A stretch of 42,125 bases of DNA from an uncultured Bacilli bacterium (lineage in GTDB: Bacteria; Bacillota_I; Bacilli_A; RFN20; CAG-826), in assembly GCA_934162685.1 (NCBI GenBank), contig CAKPJO010000001.1:96602-138726 (forward strand), read 5' to 3'. Position numbers and translations under genes: made by a program. The notes under the pieces are model-generated. The model was not told the DNA's origin and ran no database searches. It saw only the letters and a list, made by a program, of their open reading frames with translations. Positions 26,806-38,035 of this stretch are shown here, in pieces. The number at the start of each line of letters is the position of its first letter. Position 1 is the first letter of the stretch.

Positions 26806-29800
26806 ATGGCTGAGAATTATACAGAAAGAGATATGTTTCCCACGGTACAGTCTGGTAAAAAATATAATATTCAAGGTGTTATTAGAGAAACTGAGAGGAT
26901 TATAGAGAATATAAATCAAACATTAGATTGGTTGAGTAGAGCAAAAGATCTTTCTGAAACAGTTTCTACAAAAAACGCTATTGAAGAGCAGCAAAAACAA
27001 CATGTTGCATTACATGAAGAAGTTGTGAAGTTTTTATCATTAATAAAGTCTCCAGCAGAAGAAAATATAAGAGATGAGTTCATTGCGGAAGCATATGATC
27101 AAATAGTTACGGATTTAACTAATGCTCAAAATAGTTTGAATAAATTTAGCAATAAATTCCCAACAGCAGATGCTATTGCAAAAGCAAATGAAACTAAAGC
27201 AGCTAAGAAAAAACAAGATAGTATTCAAAAAATGATTACGGGAATATTTGGTAATCAAAAAACATACAAATCTTTAACTACAAAAGATTTTGAATTCAGA
27301 TTGAAAAAATCAGGATATACCCAAGAAGATTTAAAAAATCTAAAAACAGATTTACGAGAGTTGATGAAAGGATTAGATAAGGACAGCGTAGATTATAAGC
27401 AATATCAGCAAATGATTAAAGGAATAGATAATTATAGCATTAAATTAAAAAGAACTTATACTCCAGAGGTATCACATAAACCAAAAGTCCAATATAAGTC
27501 TGGGGATGCGGCAAAGCGTTATAAAGAACTTGGTGATAATCTTAAAGAAAAACCAAAATCAGAGACAGTTAGGAATATCAGTAAATTATCTTCCTTTAGA
27601 GATAGAGCGGGTAAAACTTATGCTCCTGCACAAAAAAAAGATAAAGATTTAACCCGTAAATCAATTCCTTTTCAAACGGTAAAAAGAGATGTAAAAGCAA
27701 AAGACTTAGGTTCGAGACAATATAAATATTTTGAAATGGATCCTGCTGATCATTTTAGAGGAAAAGATTATAAGGTTTCTAAAAGGGAACAAAAAACTGA
27801 ATTAAAAGAATTAGAGGCTGAAACAGGTCAAACTCCATATGTTGTTTCAAATAGTCAAGTGGCTAGGATGTTCTTACCAACTATTCAAAATAAAAATGAA
27901 ACAAAATATAAGAATAGGTTAAAAGAAGCAGAAAAGAAATTAAAAGAAGCAGAAAAATTACAAGATGAAGATTTAATAGCCTTAAGAAAAAGAGAATATA
28001 TTAGAGTAAGGGGAGCAGGAGTTTCAGAAGGAAATCCTGGAGGTTATGGTACTGCTCAACACGCTCTTTCAGAAGCGTATGCCACAGCATCTTTAAATAG
28101 AAAAAATGCTTGGAATTTACAATTAAAAGATTTTAGAGATTTAGATAAATTAGTAGATGAAATGTCTAAAAATCCAATCAAATGGCTTGAAGAACACGGA
28201 GGATTAGATTCCGAGCTAGCCACTTTGTTTACTGTAAATGCAAAGGGACAAATTTTATTAAAAGATACAGCGGCAACAGATATTAAAACTTGGATTTCTG
28301 AAGAAAAAGGAATGAACATTCAAGATACAGAAGTAACCGCTTCAGGTATGTATAAAACAAAAGGCGGAGAATATTTATTAACTCCAGGTCAAAGTGATTT
28401 ATTAGTAGATGAGCGTGGCGAGCTTGTATATGTAGATACTAAATTCAGAAAAGAAACTGTTAGAACTTTAGAAGAATTTACACAAGCAATGGCTGCTATT
28501 TTTTCTTTAAACGCAAAATTAGAGGCAACAGGCGAAGATAGAAGAATAAAAAAAGTTAAATTCGCTCATGTTGAACCAGGTTCTGGTAAAGTTTCTTATA
28601 AAACTGTCGATGTTGGAGAATGGTCTATTAAAGAATATGCTTCTGTATTAGATATTGTGGGGCAGTTGAAATCTGGTAAAATAACACAAGGTCAAGCAAT
28701 AGCCATGCTTCCTCCACATGTTGCGGATATGTTTTGGGAGCAATTAGAGAACACATACGGTTATGGTCCTACTGCTAAAAAAGGGATGTATTTTATAGGC
28801 CCTGATGCTAGCGCAACTAATAAAGTCGTTAATAAAGAAATGGTGAAAAGAGGGACAAGAGATAAAACTTTAAATAGTCAAGGTTATCAATCTGTACTCA
28901 ATCGTTTTGGTGGTACTGCTGCTATTGAAAAAATGTCAGGTAAAGATTTTGCTGCAAAAGAGAGAATAGAATTTGTGCAAAAAGCTTTAGGAGATTCAGG
29001 TAAAGATATTATTGAAGCAATGAAAACTGGAGATAAAGATAAAGTTCTTCAAGCTTTGGAAGATTATGGGCAAAGACTTAAAGATAATATAACGCAAGTT
29101 ATTTCATATCAAGAATTTTATCGTCCTGCAAAAGGTGATCGTCCAGCAGGAACTACAACAAGAAATAAAATGGTTCAAGAGTGGGCCAGTGCAATGGCGG
29201 CAGGTGATGTCGACCAAGCTATGTCTATAGTTGAAGAATTTTCTGATATTATTAATTCGATAGAAGACCCAGAAGTTCGCAGACGAGTAGCTTATGGAAT
29301 GAGAGCACAAGGAAATAAAATGGTTCAAGAGGGAGATACCAGTGATAATGCAAATTTAATTCGTTTTGCTCAAGCATTAAACAAGAGGGGCAAAGTTAGT
29401 TTTGATTTTGGCGATGTGACTGAAAAGTCTTCTAGAGGAACTAAGCCTTATATTAGAAAAGAGCAACTGCAAGAAATATTAGATAATTTATTTTTATATT
29501 TAAGCGGAGAACCTTCCAGATTATCAGGGTTAAGTGATGCTCAAGCAAAAAAAATTCTGGAAATGTTGCCAGAGGATTTTTCATCTGATGCTGATTTAGA
29601 CGAAATATCTCCTGAATTGATGGAATATTTAGCAGAAAATGTTATTCCTTATTTAGAATCTAACGACCTTGGAGCTGTAAACATAAAAGATTCTACGGAA
29701 GTAGCGGCAGAAAAAGCAAAAATAATAGGATATGGTGACGATCCTGAAGAAAAAGTTGAAGATGAAACAATAACCGCTCAGAAAATTCGTAGTATGTTTA

Positions 29801-32505
29801 AATATAATATTGGCACAAAGACCTTAAGTGACAAAAATTTAATTAATGCAATTAAAGTTATAAATGACCGCGATGCAGACGAAGAGACAAAAAATGCAGC
29901 GTGGGCTGATTTATTTGGTTATATTCAATTTTTACGTCCAAAAGGACCAGAAAGCGCTAATGCTGAAAATTTATCAGATGACGCTAATAAAGCATTAGTG
30001 GAGGGCATTCAAGGATTTGAAAACAAAATTGGTTCTTTATCAGGCCTATCTGACAAAGAAAAACAAAGAGTTTTTAATATCTTAAGACGTTTAGTTGGCG
30101 TTGATCCTATTTCTTATGAAGATACTCCAGAAGATTTGGCAAGAGCTACATTTAGAATGGTTAGTGCTCCTTCAATGGTATATTCGGGACAAGAGACTTT
30201 AACTAAAGAACAAATAGGAGCTTCTAAATGGCAATCAGATTTTGGTACAGCATATAACCAATACGTTAAAAATGCAAAAGATATTGACCAGCAAGATACT
30301 TTTGACATAATTTATAATGTATTACAAGAATCAGGAATGTTAGATAAAGAGCAGAAAGATATTGTTGAGACATATGGTTATGATGCTTGGAATTTAATTA
30401 AAAGATTTAAAATTGCTCATGAATCTTTATCAAAAATGGATTCGAAGCAACAACAACAATTTAAAAATTTGTTTGGAGGAGTATATCAAACTTCTTTAAA
30501 CAAAGAAGATATAGATGATTTATCAGAATCTTTCTGGTATAAAGAAAGAGATGAATCAGGTCAAACATTAGCAGAATTTATGATTGCTACTGGTTTAGGT
30601 CCGACAGATGTTCGTTATGATGATAAAACAGGAAGGTTTGTAGCCTCGGCAAAAGCACCTGGTAATGAAGCAGATATTACTAAAATTGCTAATACTATGC
30701 AAGTTCCAGGAGCAGCTGAAAAAATTAAAAAAGCCAGAAAGGCCGCAAAAACAAATAAAGGTACAACATATAATTCTAATGCTCCACGACAAACTACAAA
30801 AAAACAAGGAAAGAAATATTGGGGAGAATCATTTGGCCAAAGGTATAATTATACAAAAGGGAATAAAAAAATTATAAAAGTCGATGTACCTGGTGCAAGT
30901 CATCCTTTATTATATAGCGGAGATGCTAACGAAGGAGACCTTGTAGAAGTTCCTTTTGGAAAAGGCACGGCTACTGGTACTGTTATTGGCGAGGCGACAC
31001 AAGATAATTTGTCAGATTTTTCAGCTAACGCTTCGGGTAAATATGAAATTAAGTCTATTTCTAAAATTTTACCTAAATCAGAAAATGCTGTAAAAACGGA
31101 TACAGATGTTAAAATTCCAAGTGGAGGTACTCCTGTTGCGGAGGATTCTTCAAAAGAAAGAAAAGAAGTAGAAGGTTCAAAAGAGCCAGCGACTTCTGGA
31201 ACGGTCACAGGCGATCAAAATATTACAATTAATGCTAAATTGGTTACATTGCAAAATCCAACAGGGCAAATAACTGTTAATGGCAATGTGGGATCTGGTT
31301 CATCTTCTTCAAAAACGTCTTATTCTAGCGGAAAAGATGATGATGATAAACAAAGTAAAACAGATAAACAAGAATTACGAGAATTAGAGGTTTTGTATAA
31401 ACAAAGAACTTCTTTAAGATATGATTTAGCAAAATACCAAAAGCGTTATAATTTAACAAGTCCTTTGAGCAGAGAGATTCCTTATCTTGAAGAATATATT
31501 ACTACTCAAAGTGCTGCACTGGAGGACGTTGAAGCAGAGCTTGCTGAAAGAATTAAATCTGGTGGCTTTGCAAAAGATATTATTGAAGATTTAAACAAAA
31601 AATATTCAGATAAAGATATTCGTAATCAATTATTAGTTGGAATGTCACATCAAGGTTCTCAAAATCTTTTCCAACAAATAGGAACATCTTTTAAAAATAT
31701 GTTAGAAAACTTCACTCAAATGGGTGCAGCTTATAAGATTATTGGTATGCTTCGTAATAGTATGAGTAAAATAGTTACCGCAGCTCAACAATTGGATAAA
31801 ACAATGGTTGATTTACGTATCGTAACTGGAAATACTAAAGAAGAAACTAATGAATTAATGAGCAGTTATTCAAAATTAGGTGGAGAATTATCGGCTACAA
31901 CCACTGAAGTTGCAAATGCAGCAAACAGTTGGTTAAGACAAGGTTATTCAATAGGAGAGGTTAATGATTTAATCTCCGCATCAATGCATTTAAGTAAATT
32001 AGGTATGATTGAATCTGGACAAGCAACAGAATACTTAACAAGTATGCTTAAAGGATTTAAGCTTGAAGCAAGTGATGCAATGGATGTTGTTTCTAAATTA
32101 ACTAAAGTTGATATGGAAGCGGCAACTTCAGCAGGTTCTATTGCGGAATCATTAAGACAATTTGCAACAACTGCTCAATTATCAGGTGTTGATATTGATC
32201 AAGCTATTGCAATGGCGACTACAATTATGGATGTTTCTCAAAAAGATGCATCTTCTGTAGGTCACGCCTTAAATACAATGATTGCTAGATACGGTAATGT
32301 TAAAGCTGGTGCTTATACAAGTACTAACTTAAGTGAAGAATCTAGTGATACAACAGAAAAATTAAATGATATTGAAAAAGTTTTAAATAAGATTGGTATT
32401 TCAATGAGAACAACATCATTAGAATTTAGAGATTTTGATGAAGTGTTGGAAGACGTTGCTGCTAAATGGCAAGATTTAGACAATGTCTCACAAAATGCGA
32501 TCGCT
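26806..32505 (+). CDS. tail tape measure protein, exon 1 (1900 codons)
   Basis: GAAGGAGG RBS. From about aa 1650 the TP901-type TMP core is recognisable (QQLDKTMVDLRIVTGNTKEE..ANSWLRQGYS..GHALNTMIARYG). The frame hits TAG at 32506-08 inside this core, and the core continues in another frame at 33203. Confidence 0.8.
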
Positions 32506-33202
32506 TAGAAATAGTTTTGTTATGAACTATTCTATGGGCGGGTTATATAGTAATATATAATATAAACCCTTTGTGATATGCTGGAAGTCCCTTAGAGCTT
32601 TTCTCGCTAACTGAATCCGTGAGGATGAGTCAGAAGTGAAGTAGAAAAGATTGGGTAATCAGCAGGCAGTTTAACTTTTTATAAAAATATATTGTGTATA
32701 ATTGAATAATAGATTATACTAGTATATAAGAAGTTTACGCCTCGACGGTCATCCAGGCATGGAGTAGGTGCAAGTGTACCGAAGCGCAAAGTCCCTATAT
32801 AATAAAATGTTTATTTTATATAGGCGAAAGATATGACCTACGCTTATGAGAAATCATAAGAGATAACGTAACGAGTTATCGCAATATAACGGACAGCTAT
32901 TGCTGGTAAAAAAGTCTTGTGCCAGAACATATAGTGATATATGGCCTCAGCTGAAAAAGAGGTAGAAGAAAACCATATCGGTGAAGGTCCTACAAAGGAT
33001 AATACCGAGGAAAGATTAAAATTGTTATAATTTTAAAATCCGTAGAGACTAAACGTTTTCTATCTTGAAAAAGATAAAGTTATAGTCCAATCTATACATA
33101 TAAATAAAAGTATAGAGTTAAAGAGAAATCTTTAACCGCCATTTATTATAAAATGGTAAAAAAGTCCTCTTTCACGTAGAGGATGAAAAGTAATACAAAT
33201 TG
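32506..33202 (+). ncRNA. group I self-splicing intron, ORF-less (697 nt)
   Basis: The 5' exon ends in U (32505). Exon UCGCU (32501-05) can pair with GGCGG (32537-41) as P1 with a U.G at the splice site, and there is a P1 extension hairpin at 32507-16/32525-33. The core has AGACUAAA (33046-53), a GAAA-capped P8-like hairpin (33061-76) and UAUAGUCC (33081-88), the same arrangement as the Tetrahymena P7/P8/P7' core. P9-like hairpins lie at 33092-115 and 33120-33 (GAAA loop). The only G that permits an open in-frame junction is 33202. Confidence 0.7.
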
Positions 33203-36200
33203 ACAAGACAACGTGAATCGTTCTTAGTTCTCATGGAGAACATGGACAAATATCACGATTTAATTAAAACTTCTGCAGAATCTAAAGGTACTGCGGAAGA
33301 AAAATACTTATCTTATACAGAACAATTAGAAGCAGCACAAAAGAGATTAAATGCTGCTTGGGAAGATATAGCATTAAATGCAGATGTTAATAGTTTCTTA
33401 ACTAAAATTACAGATGTTACTACATTTTTGGTCAAGCATTTACCGACCGTGTTAAAATTAGTAATGAGAACAGTTACAGCACTAAATGCTTATAAATTAC
33501 CTGCTTTATTCGAGTTACCAGAAAAAGTTCAAAAATTACAAGGATTTTTAGGAAAAACAGCAAGTAATATTGTATCGGGTTTTAAATCTTTTATAGACGA
33601 ACATGGAAACTTTAGTTTTGAAAACTTTAAAAATAAGGTAGGCAAAGACATTGATTCTAACTTAACAAAAATGGGAAAATATAGTTCTAAACCTGCTTCC
33701 ATATTGGGAAAATTACAAAATACCATTGTTACTAATATTAAAGCATTAAGAGACAATACCTCTGCAATTAAAGGTGAAACAACTCCTACAGGCATAGATG
33801 ATTTAACTAAAAACAAAATTGATCCTGATAAAGAACAATCTTCAACAGGAGCAGGAAATCTTTGGGCTGGCGCAGCACAATTTGGTTTAAATACTTTAGT
33901 ATCAGGAGCTACTGCTAGTACTATTGGAAGAAATAGAACAACAGGTGAAGACTATGAAATGTCAAATACAGCAGTATGGACTAACAGAATAGCTACAGGA
34001 TTGGCTGGTGGAATAGGTTCTATGATTAATCCTATTTTAGGTCCTATTTTTTCAACAGCTATGGATTTATTTATTTCTAAAGTAATTGGTCCTTTAATTG
34101 ATCGTGTTGATAATTTAATTAAGCATCAAATAGAAGTTGCCGAAAAGAATTTATCTTTGCTTTCTAAAATTGAAACTTCAACTTCTGAATTAGCAAAAAT
34201 TTCAAAAGAAAAAGACACTTATGAAAATTATCAAAAAATTCAAGAAGCATCAGCAGATATGTTAGATGTCTTAAAAGAAGATTCTGATTTATCAAATAGA
34301 TTATTACAAGTAATGTCAGAGCAAGGATACAATTATAAAGATATTTATGCTTTAATGAAAGATTGGAAAGAAGATTCAGATAGTCGTTCTGAAATTTCTA
34401 GACAATTAGATATTGCTACTAAGCAATTAGAATATGAAAATACGATTATTGCTAAACAAAAAGAATTAAGTGAGGCAGACACAATTATTTATCAAAAACA
34501 ATTGTCGTATAATAAAGAAACAGGTGGTTTTGAATATCTAGAAGACACCAACGGTATGGGTATTCAAGAATCTATAAACAATATTAAGTCGGCACTTAAA
34601 TTATTGTCTGATTATAATTATACTGATGAATATGGCCGCGATTACAAGAAGGTTGCAAACTCGCTAGAAGCTTTGTTACAAGAACAAGAATCAAAATTTG
34701 CTAAAATAAATGAAATATATGAGACTCTTAACAAAAATCTTACAGAACAAGCAATATTGGGGGCTAAAACAACTTCAGGAGCATATTTAACAGATTTGAG
34801 TGTTAATCAATTAAAAGATTTAGGTAAAGATGAGATTGTAGATATTGTAACTGAACAAATTCAATCATTAGGTGGATTTAAAGGTTATGATGCTTGGTCA
34901 AAAGAAGGACAAGATATTGTTGCAAGCGTAATTAAAGCTGATGAAAAACTTTATAAAATTTATTCTCAACAAGTTTATACTTTAGATGAAGCGGTTCGTA
35001 AAAACGATCCAGAATTATTAGTACAATTTGCTAATGCGATGGGTGTTACGGTTGATCAATTAGATAGATTGTCGAAAACAATGGGTACTTTAACTTTAGC
35101 AGATTTCTTAAAGACTCCTACTGAAGTTAGAAATTCATTCAATGAATTAAGTTCATTATTTACTTCTTTAGGTTCTTCTTCTGGATTAACAGCAGAGAAT
35201 TTAGAGAAAATTATTAGTGATTATCCTCAATTGCTTGGTGATTTAGGAGATACCCATAAATTAGCAACTGGCATTATTAAGAATATGAATGCCTATAAAG
35301 AATTATACAAAAACACTTTAGTAGATTCTTTATTGGATAATACCTCATATTTTGATTTATTGCAAGACAAATTAACAGAAGCAGGTGCTACCGCTAGTGT
35401 AGATGCTATTAAATCATTAGATGTAAAAACAATTCGTGAATTGATGCGCTCATTGGATAAAATTGACAAAGATGGTGCTATTAAAGCAGCAATAGATGAA
35501 TTATTCGATCAAGATATTACTGCTGATTTTGAAAAATCTTTATTAGAAACTGTTATTAATTATCAATCAAAAGCATACGATAAACAAATTAAAAATCTTG
35601 AAGAGCAAAAAACTGCTTTACAAGAAATTAATAATCAACGTGAATATGAAAACAAGTTAATTGAAGCTCGCAATAAGCTTGAAGATGCTCAAAAAGAGAA
35701 GAAAAAAATTTATAGAGCGGGTATAGGTTTTGTGTATGAATCTGACCAATCTGCTATTTTAGAGGCTCAAAAGAATCTTGAAGATGTAACTAATGAAAAG
35801 AAAATTAGTGAAATTCAAGCACAAATAGACCAGCTTACAGGCGAAAAAGAGCAATTAACTGAACTCCCTGATAAATTAGAGTTAGAAAATTTAAAGACTG
35901 TGTATGAGGCTTGGGCTGAAGAACTTAAAACAAGTAATGGTACTCAAGCTCAAATTTTAGAAAAAATCATTGAAGCATATAAAGGGTTAAATATCTCAAC
36001 TTCAGGAGAGGACGCTCAAAATAGAGTAAATGCGGCTGATAACAACACCCGCACAGGATTTACAAGTTCTTTAAAAGCTCTTAATGATGCAATATCTGCA
36101 CTTGGTAATGATACTAGTACAAGTGAATATGCAAAGTCTGAAAGTCAAATAAATACCGCAGCAGATAAATTGTTTACTGACATAGATACTTTTGTCTCAT

Positions 36201-36970
36201 CGGGTGGTTCTTTAGATTCCACTCCTGAAATTAAAGAATGGTACGAAGCACAAAAATCTGCTAGAAAAGGCTATGATAATTATAAATATATTGATAAATA
36301 TAATCCTATTGTAGAAATGGGAAATACTGGTAAAAAATATAAATTAAAAGGCGATTATCCTAGTTCTTCTTTGTCAAAAGATATCAGCAATCAAATTATT
36401 AGTCATGGTAAAAATTTCTTATATTATAAACCTAATGAAGGTCAATCTAAAATGGATTCTGATGATTTCATTGATAAATATGAAACATTAGAGAACGCAA
36501 TAAATGCTTTGCCTTCAGGAACATTTGTTGCAGACAGTCATAATAAAGATTGGGGAGTTATTTTAAAAGGAAATGATGCTCCAAATGGTGCTGGTATTTA
36601 TAAAGTTCAAAAAGCTGCTAAAGGTTCTTTAGGACTTAAAGGCGGCATGAGTTTAATTAACGAATTAGGAACAGAAGCTTTAGTTACGCCAGGTGGTACG
36701 ATTACATCGTTACCATCAGCAACAGGTGTTGTTCCAGCGGATATTACTAAAAATTTGTGGGCATTAGGCGAAGTGGCTCCTATGTTTGCAAAAGCTATGA
36801 AAACTGGCTTTAGTGATATTCAAGGATTTGGAACTCAAGACAAATCTGTGGACGAATCATTTAACGTCGGAACTGTTAATATGACAGTTAATGCAGATAA
36901 TACATTCGATGTTGACAAATGGGTAAATGAACTTAAAGTTAAAACCGCTTTAAGTCGAAATATCCGATAA
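33203..36970 (+). CDS. tail tape measure protein, exon 2 (1255 codons + stop)
   Basis: It continues the TMP core (TRQRESFLVLMENM...) and has no RBS or ATG of its own. It also has a long coiled-coil region, a Gly-rich hydrophobic segment (LAGGIGSMINPILGPIF) and a C-terminal module shared with ORF 41047. Confidence 0.8.
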   Translation, partial: TRQRESFLVLMENMDKYHDLIKTSAESKGTAEEKYLSYTEQLEAAQKRLNAAWEDIALNADVNSFLTKITDVTTFLVKHLPTVLKLVMRTVTALNAYKLPALFELPEKVQKLQGFLGKTASNIVSGFKSFIDEHGNFSFENFKNKVGKDIDSNLTKMGKYSSKPASILGKLQNTIVTNIKALRDNTSAIKGETTPTGIDDLTKNKIDPDKEQSSTGAGNLWAGAAQFGLNTLVSGATASTIGRNRTTGEDYEMSNTAVWTNRIATGLAGGIGSMINPILGPIFSTAMDLFISKVIGPLIDRVDNLIKHQIEVAEKNLSLLSKIETSTSELAKISKEKDTYENYQKIQEASADMLDVLKEDSDLSNRLLQVMSEQGYNYKDIYALMKDWKEDSDSRSEISRQLDIATKQLEYENTIIAKQKELSEADTIIYQKQLSYNKETGGFEYLEDTNGMGIQESINNIKSALKLLSDYNYTDEYGRDYKKVANSLEALLQEQESKFAKINEIYETLNKNLTEQAILGAKTTSGAYLTDLSVNQLKDLGKDEIVDIVTEQIQSLGGFKGYDAWSKEGQDIVASVIKADEKLYKIYSQQVYTLDEAVRKNDPELLVQFANAMGVTVDQLDRLSKTMGTLTLADFLKTPTEVRNSFNELSSLFTSLGSSSGLTAENLEKIISDYPQLLGDLGDTHKLATGIIKNMNAYKELYKNTLVDSLLDNTSYFDLLQDKLTEAGATASVDAIKSLDVKTIRELMRSLDKIDKDGAIKAAIDELFDQDITADFEKSLLETVINYQSKAYDKQIKNLEEQKTALQEINNQREYENKLIEARNKLEDAQKEKKKIYRAGIGFVYESDQSAILEAQKNLEDVTNEKKISEIQAQIDQLTGEKEQLTELPDKLELENLKTVYEAWAEELKTSNGTQAQILEKIIEAYKGLNISTSGEDAQNRVNAADNNTRTGFTSSLKALNDAISALGNDTSTSEYAKSESQINTAADKLFTDIDTFVSSGGSLDSTPEIKEWYEAQKSARKGYDNYKYIDKYNPIVEMGNTGKKYKLKGDYPSSSLSKDISNQIISHGKNFLYYKPNEGQSKMDSDDFIDKYETLENAINALPSGTFVADSHNKDWGVILKGNDAPNGAGIYKVQKAAKGSLGLKGGMSLINELGTEALVTPGGTITSLPSATGVVPADITKNLWALGEVAPMFAKAMKTGFSDIQGFGTQDKSVDESFNVGTVNMTVNADNTFDVDKWVNELKVKTALSRNIR

Positions 36971-37092
36971 TAAAAAATAATAGTTTGCAAGTAAGGGAAG
37001 GATAGATGATATAAAATTGTCATTTTATTTCTTCCTTTGCTGTGCAAGCATTTTTTAATAAAATTATTTTAAAAAAGGAGGTTTTGCAAACA

Positions 37093-38034
37093 ATGCCACA
37101 AAAATATATAAAAAGAAAAACAAAACCTGTAGCTACTTATGGAGAAACAGGCGAAGAAAATAAAATTCAATGGATAACTAAATCAGTAGGTACGTTTACT
37201 GGTGGTGGCGGTGGTGAAACAGGAACTGTTGACACTGAAATGAGTGACACCTCCACTAATGCCGTACAAAATAAAGTTATTAAAGAATATGTAGATACAG
37301 CAGATGAAAATTTATCAAAAGTTATGCCTACAGATATTAATGTAGATAGTAATGGTAAATTAATATTAGAACATGATGGGGTTGAAATTACAGGTCAAAA
37401 GAAATTAGTCGACTTCAATAGTAAGTTAGATAAATCCACTCTTAAAAAAGTAGCTTATGTGAATGATGTAGATGGTAACCCAGCAATGGTTGAATATTCA
37501 TTGTTACCAGGCAATTCTAATATAGCACAATTTGATACAGGCGGACACCTTTACACAGAATATCCTAGCATTGATACTCATGCAGCAAATAAAAAATATG
37601 TAGATGATGCTGTTTCGGGTATCTCTTTAGAAATAGATGTTATTAATATTGAATATAATCCTGATACATTGGCTCCAGTTGGAACTTATGATGTTTCTGT
37701 TTTTGAAACTGCTAAAAAGAGAACAACAAAAGTATTATTAACAGCAACAGGAGAATCTTATGGTATCTTATGCGATAAAACATTAGAGAACTTAGACGAA
37801 ACAGAGCCTAATTTAATGTTTGCTTCTGGATTAGATGAAGCACATAATTACTATGTTATTGATATGGATTTAAGAGACGGTTCTTTAATTATACAAATTT
37901 CTAAAGAACAAGGGCAAGCAGTATTAGAAAGTGGAATTAATATTAAGACAATTAACGGAGAACCAGTATTGGGTTCTGGTAACATTACAATCCCTACAGT
38001 ACAAATAGAAATATTAGAAGAAGGAGATAACTAA
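37093..38034 (+). CDS. tail fibre-like protein
   Basis: The ATG at 37093 follows AAGGAGG, so I prefer it to the GTG at 37042. A GGGGGE linker precedes the fibre-type motif TEMSDTSTNAVQNKVIKEYVD. Confidence 0.6.
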   Translation: MPQKYIKRKTKPVATYGETGEENKIQWITKSVGTFTGGGGGETGTVDTEMSDTSTNAVQNKVIKEYVDTADENLSKVMPTDINVDSNGKLILEHDGVEITGQKKLVDFNSKLDKSTLKKVAYVNDVDGNPAMVEYSLLPGNSNIAQFDTGGHLYTEYPSIDTHAANKKYVDDAVSGISLEIDVINIEYNPDTLAPVGTYDVSVFETAKKRTTKVLLTATGESYGILCDKTLENLDETEPNLMFASGLDEAHNYYVIDMDLRDGSLIIQISKEQGQAVLESGINIKTINGEPVLGSGNITIPTVQIEILEEGDN

Positions 38035-38035
38035 T

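Noticed and set aside
30900-31010. PriA 3'-DNA-binding-domain-like stretch inside the TMP N-terminal extension (LLYSGDANEGDLVEVPFGKGTATGTVIGEA).
   Set aside because: The resemblance is only a short motif-level match (V.VPFG....G.V). I mention it under the TMP finding but it is not strong enough for a separate call.
32506-33202. A group II intron, IS element or MITE as the cause of the TMP interruption.
   Set aside because: There is no GUGYG 5' end, no domain V-like motif, no reverse transcriptase or transposase ORF, and no terminal inverted repeats or target-site duplication.
33200-36970. Treating ORF 33200..36970 (TTG start) as an independent gene, and 26806..32508 as a truncated or pseudogenised TMP.
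   Set aside because: There is no RBS before 33200, the sequence continues the TMP core interrupted at 32505, and the spacer has group I intron core motifs with self-consistent splice sites. A split gene is the simpler reading.
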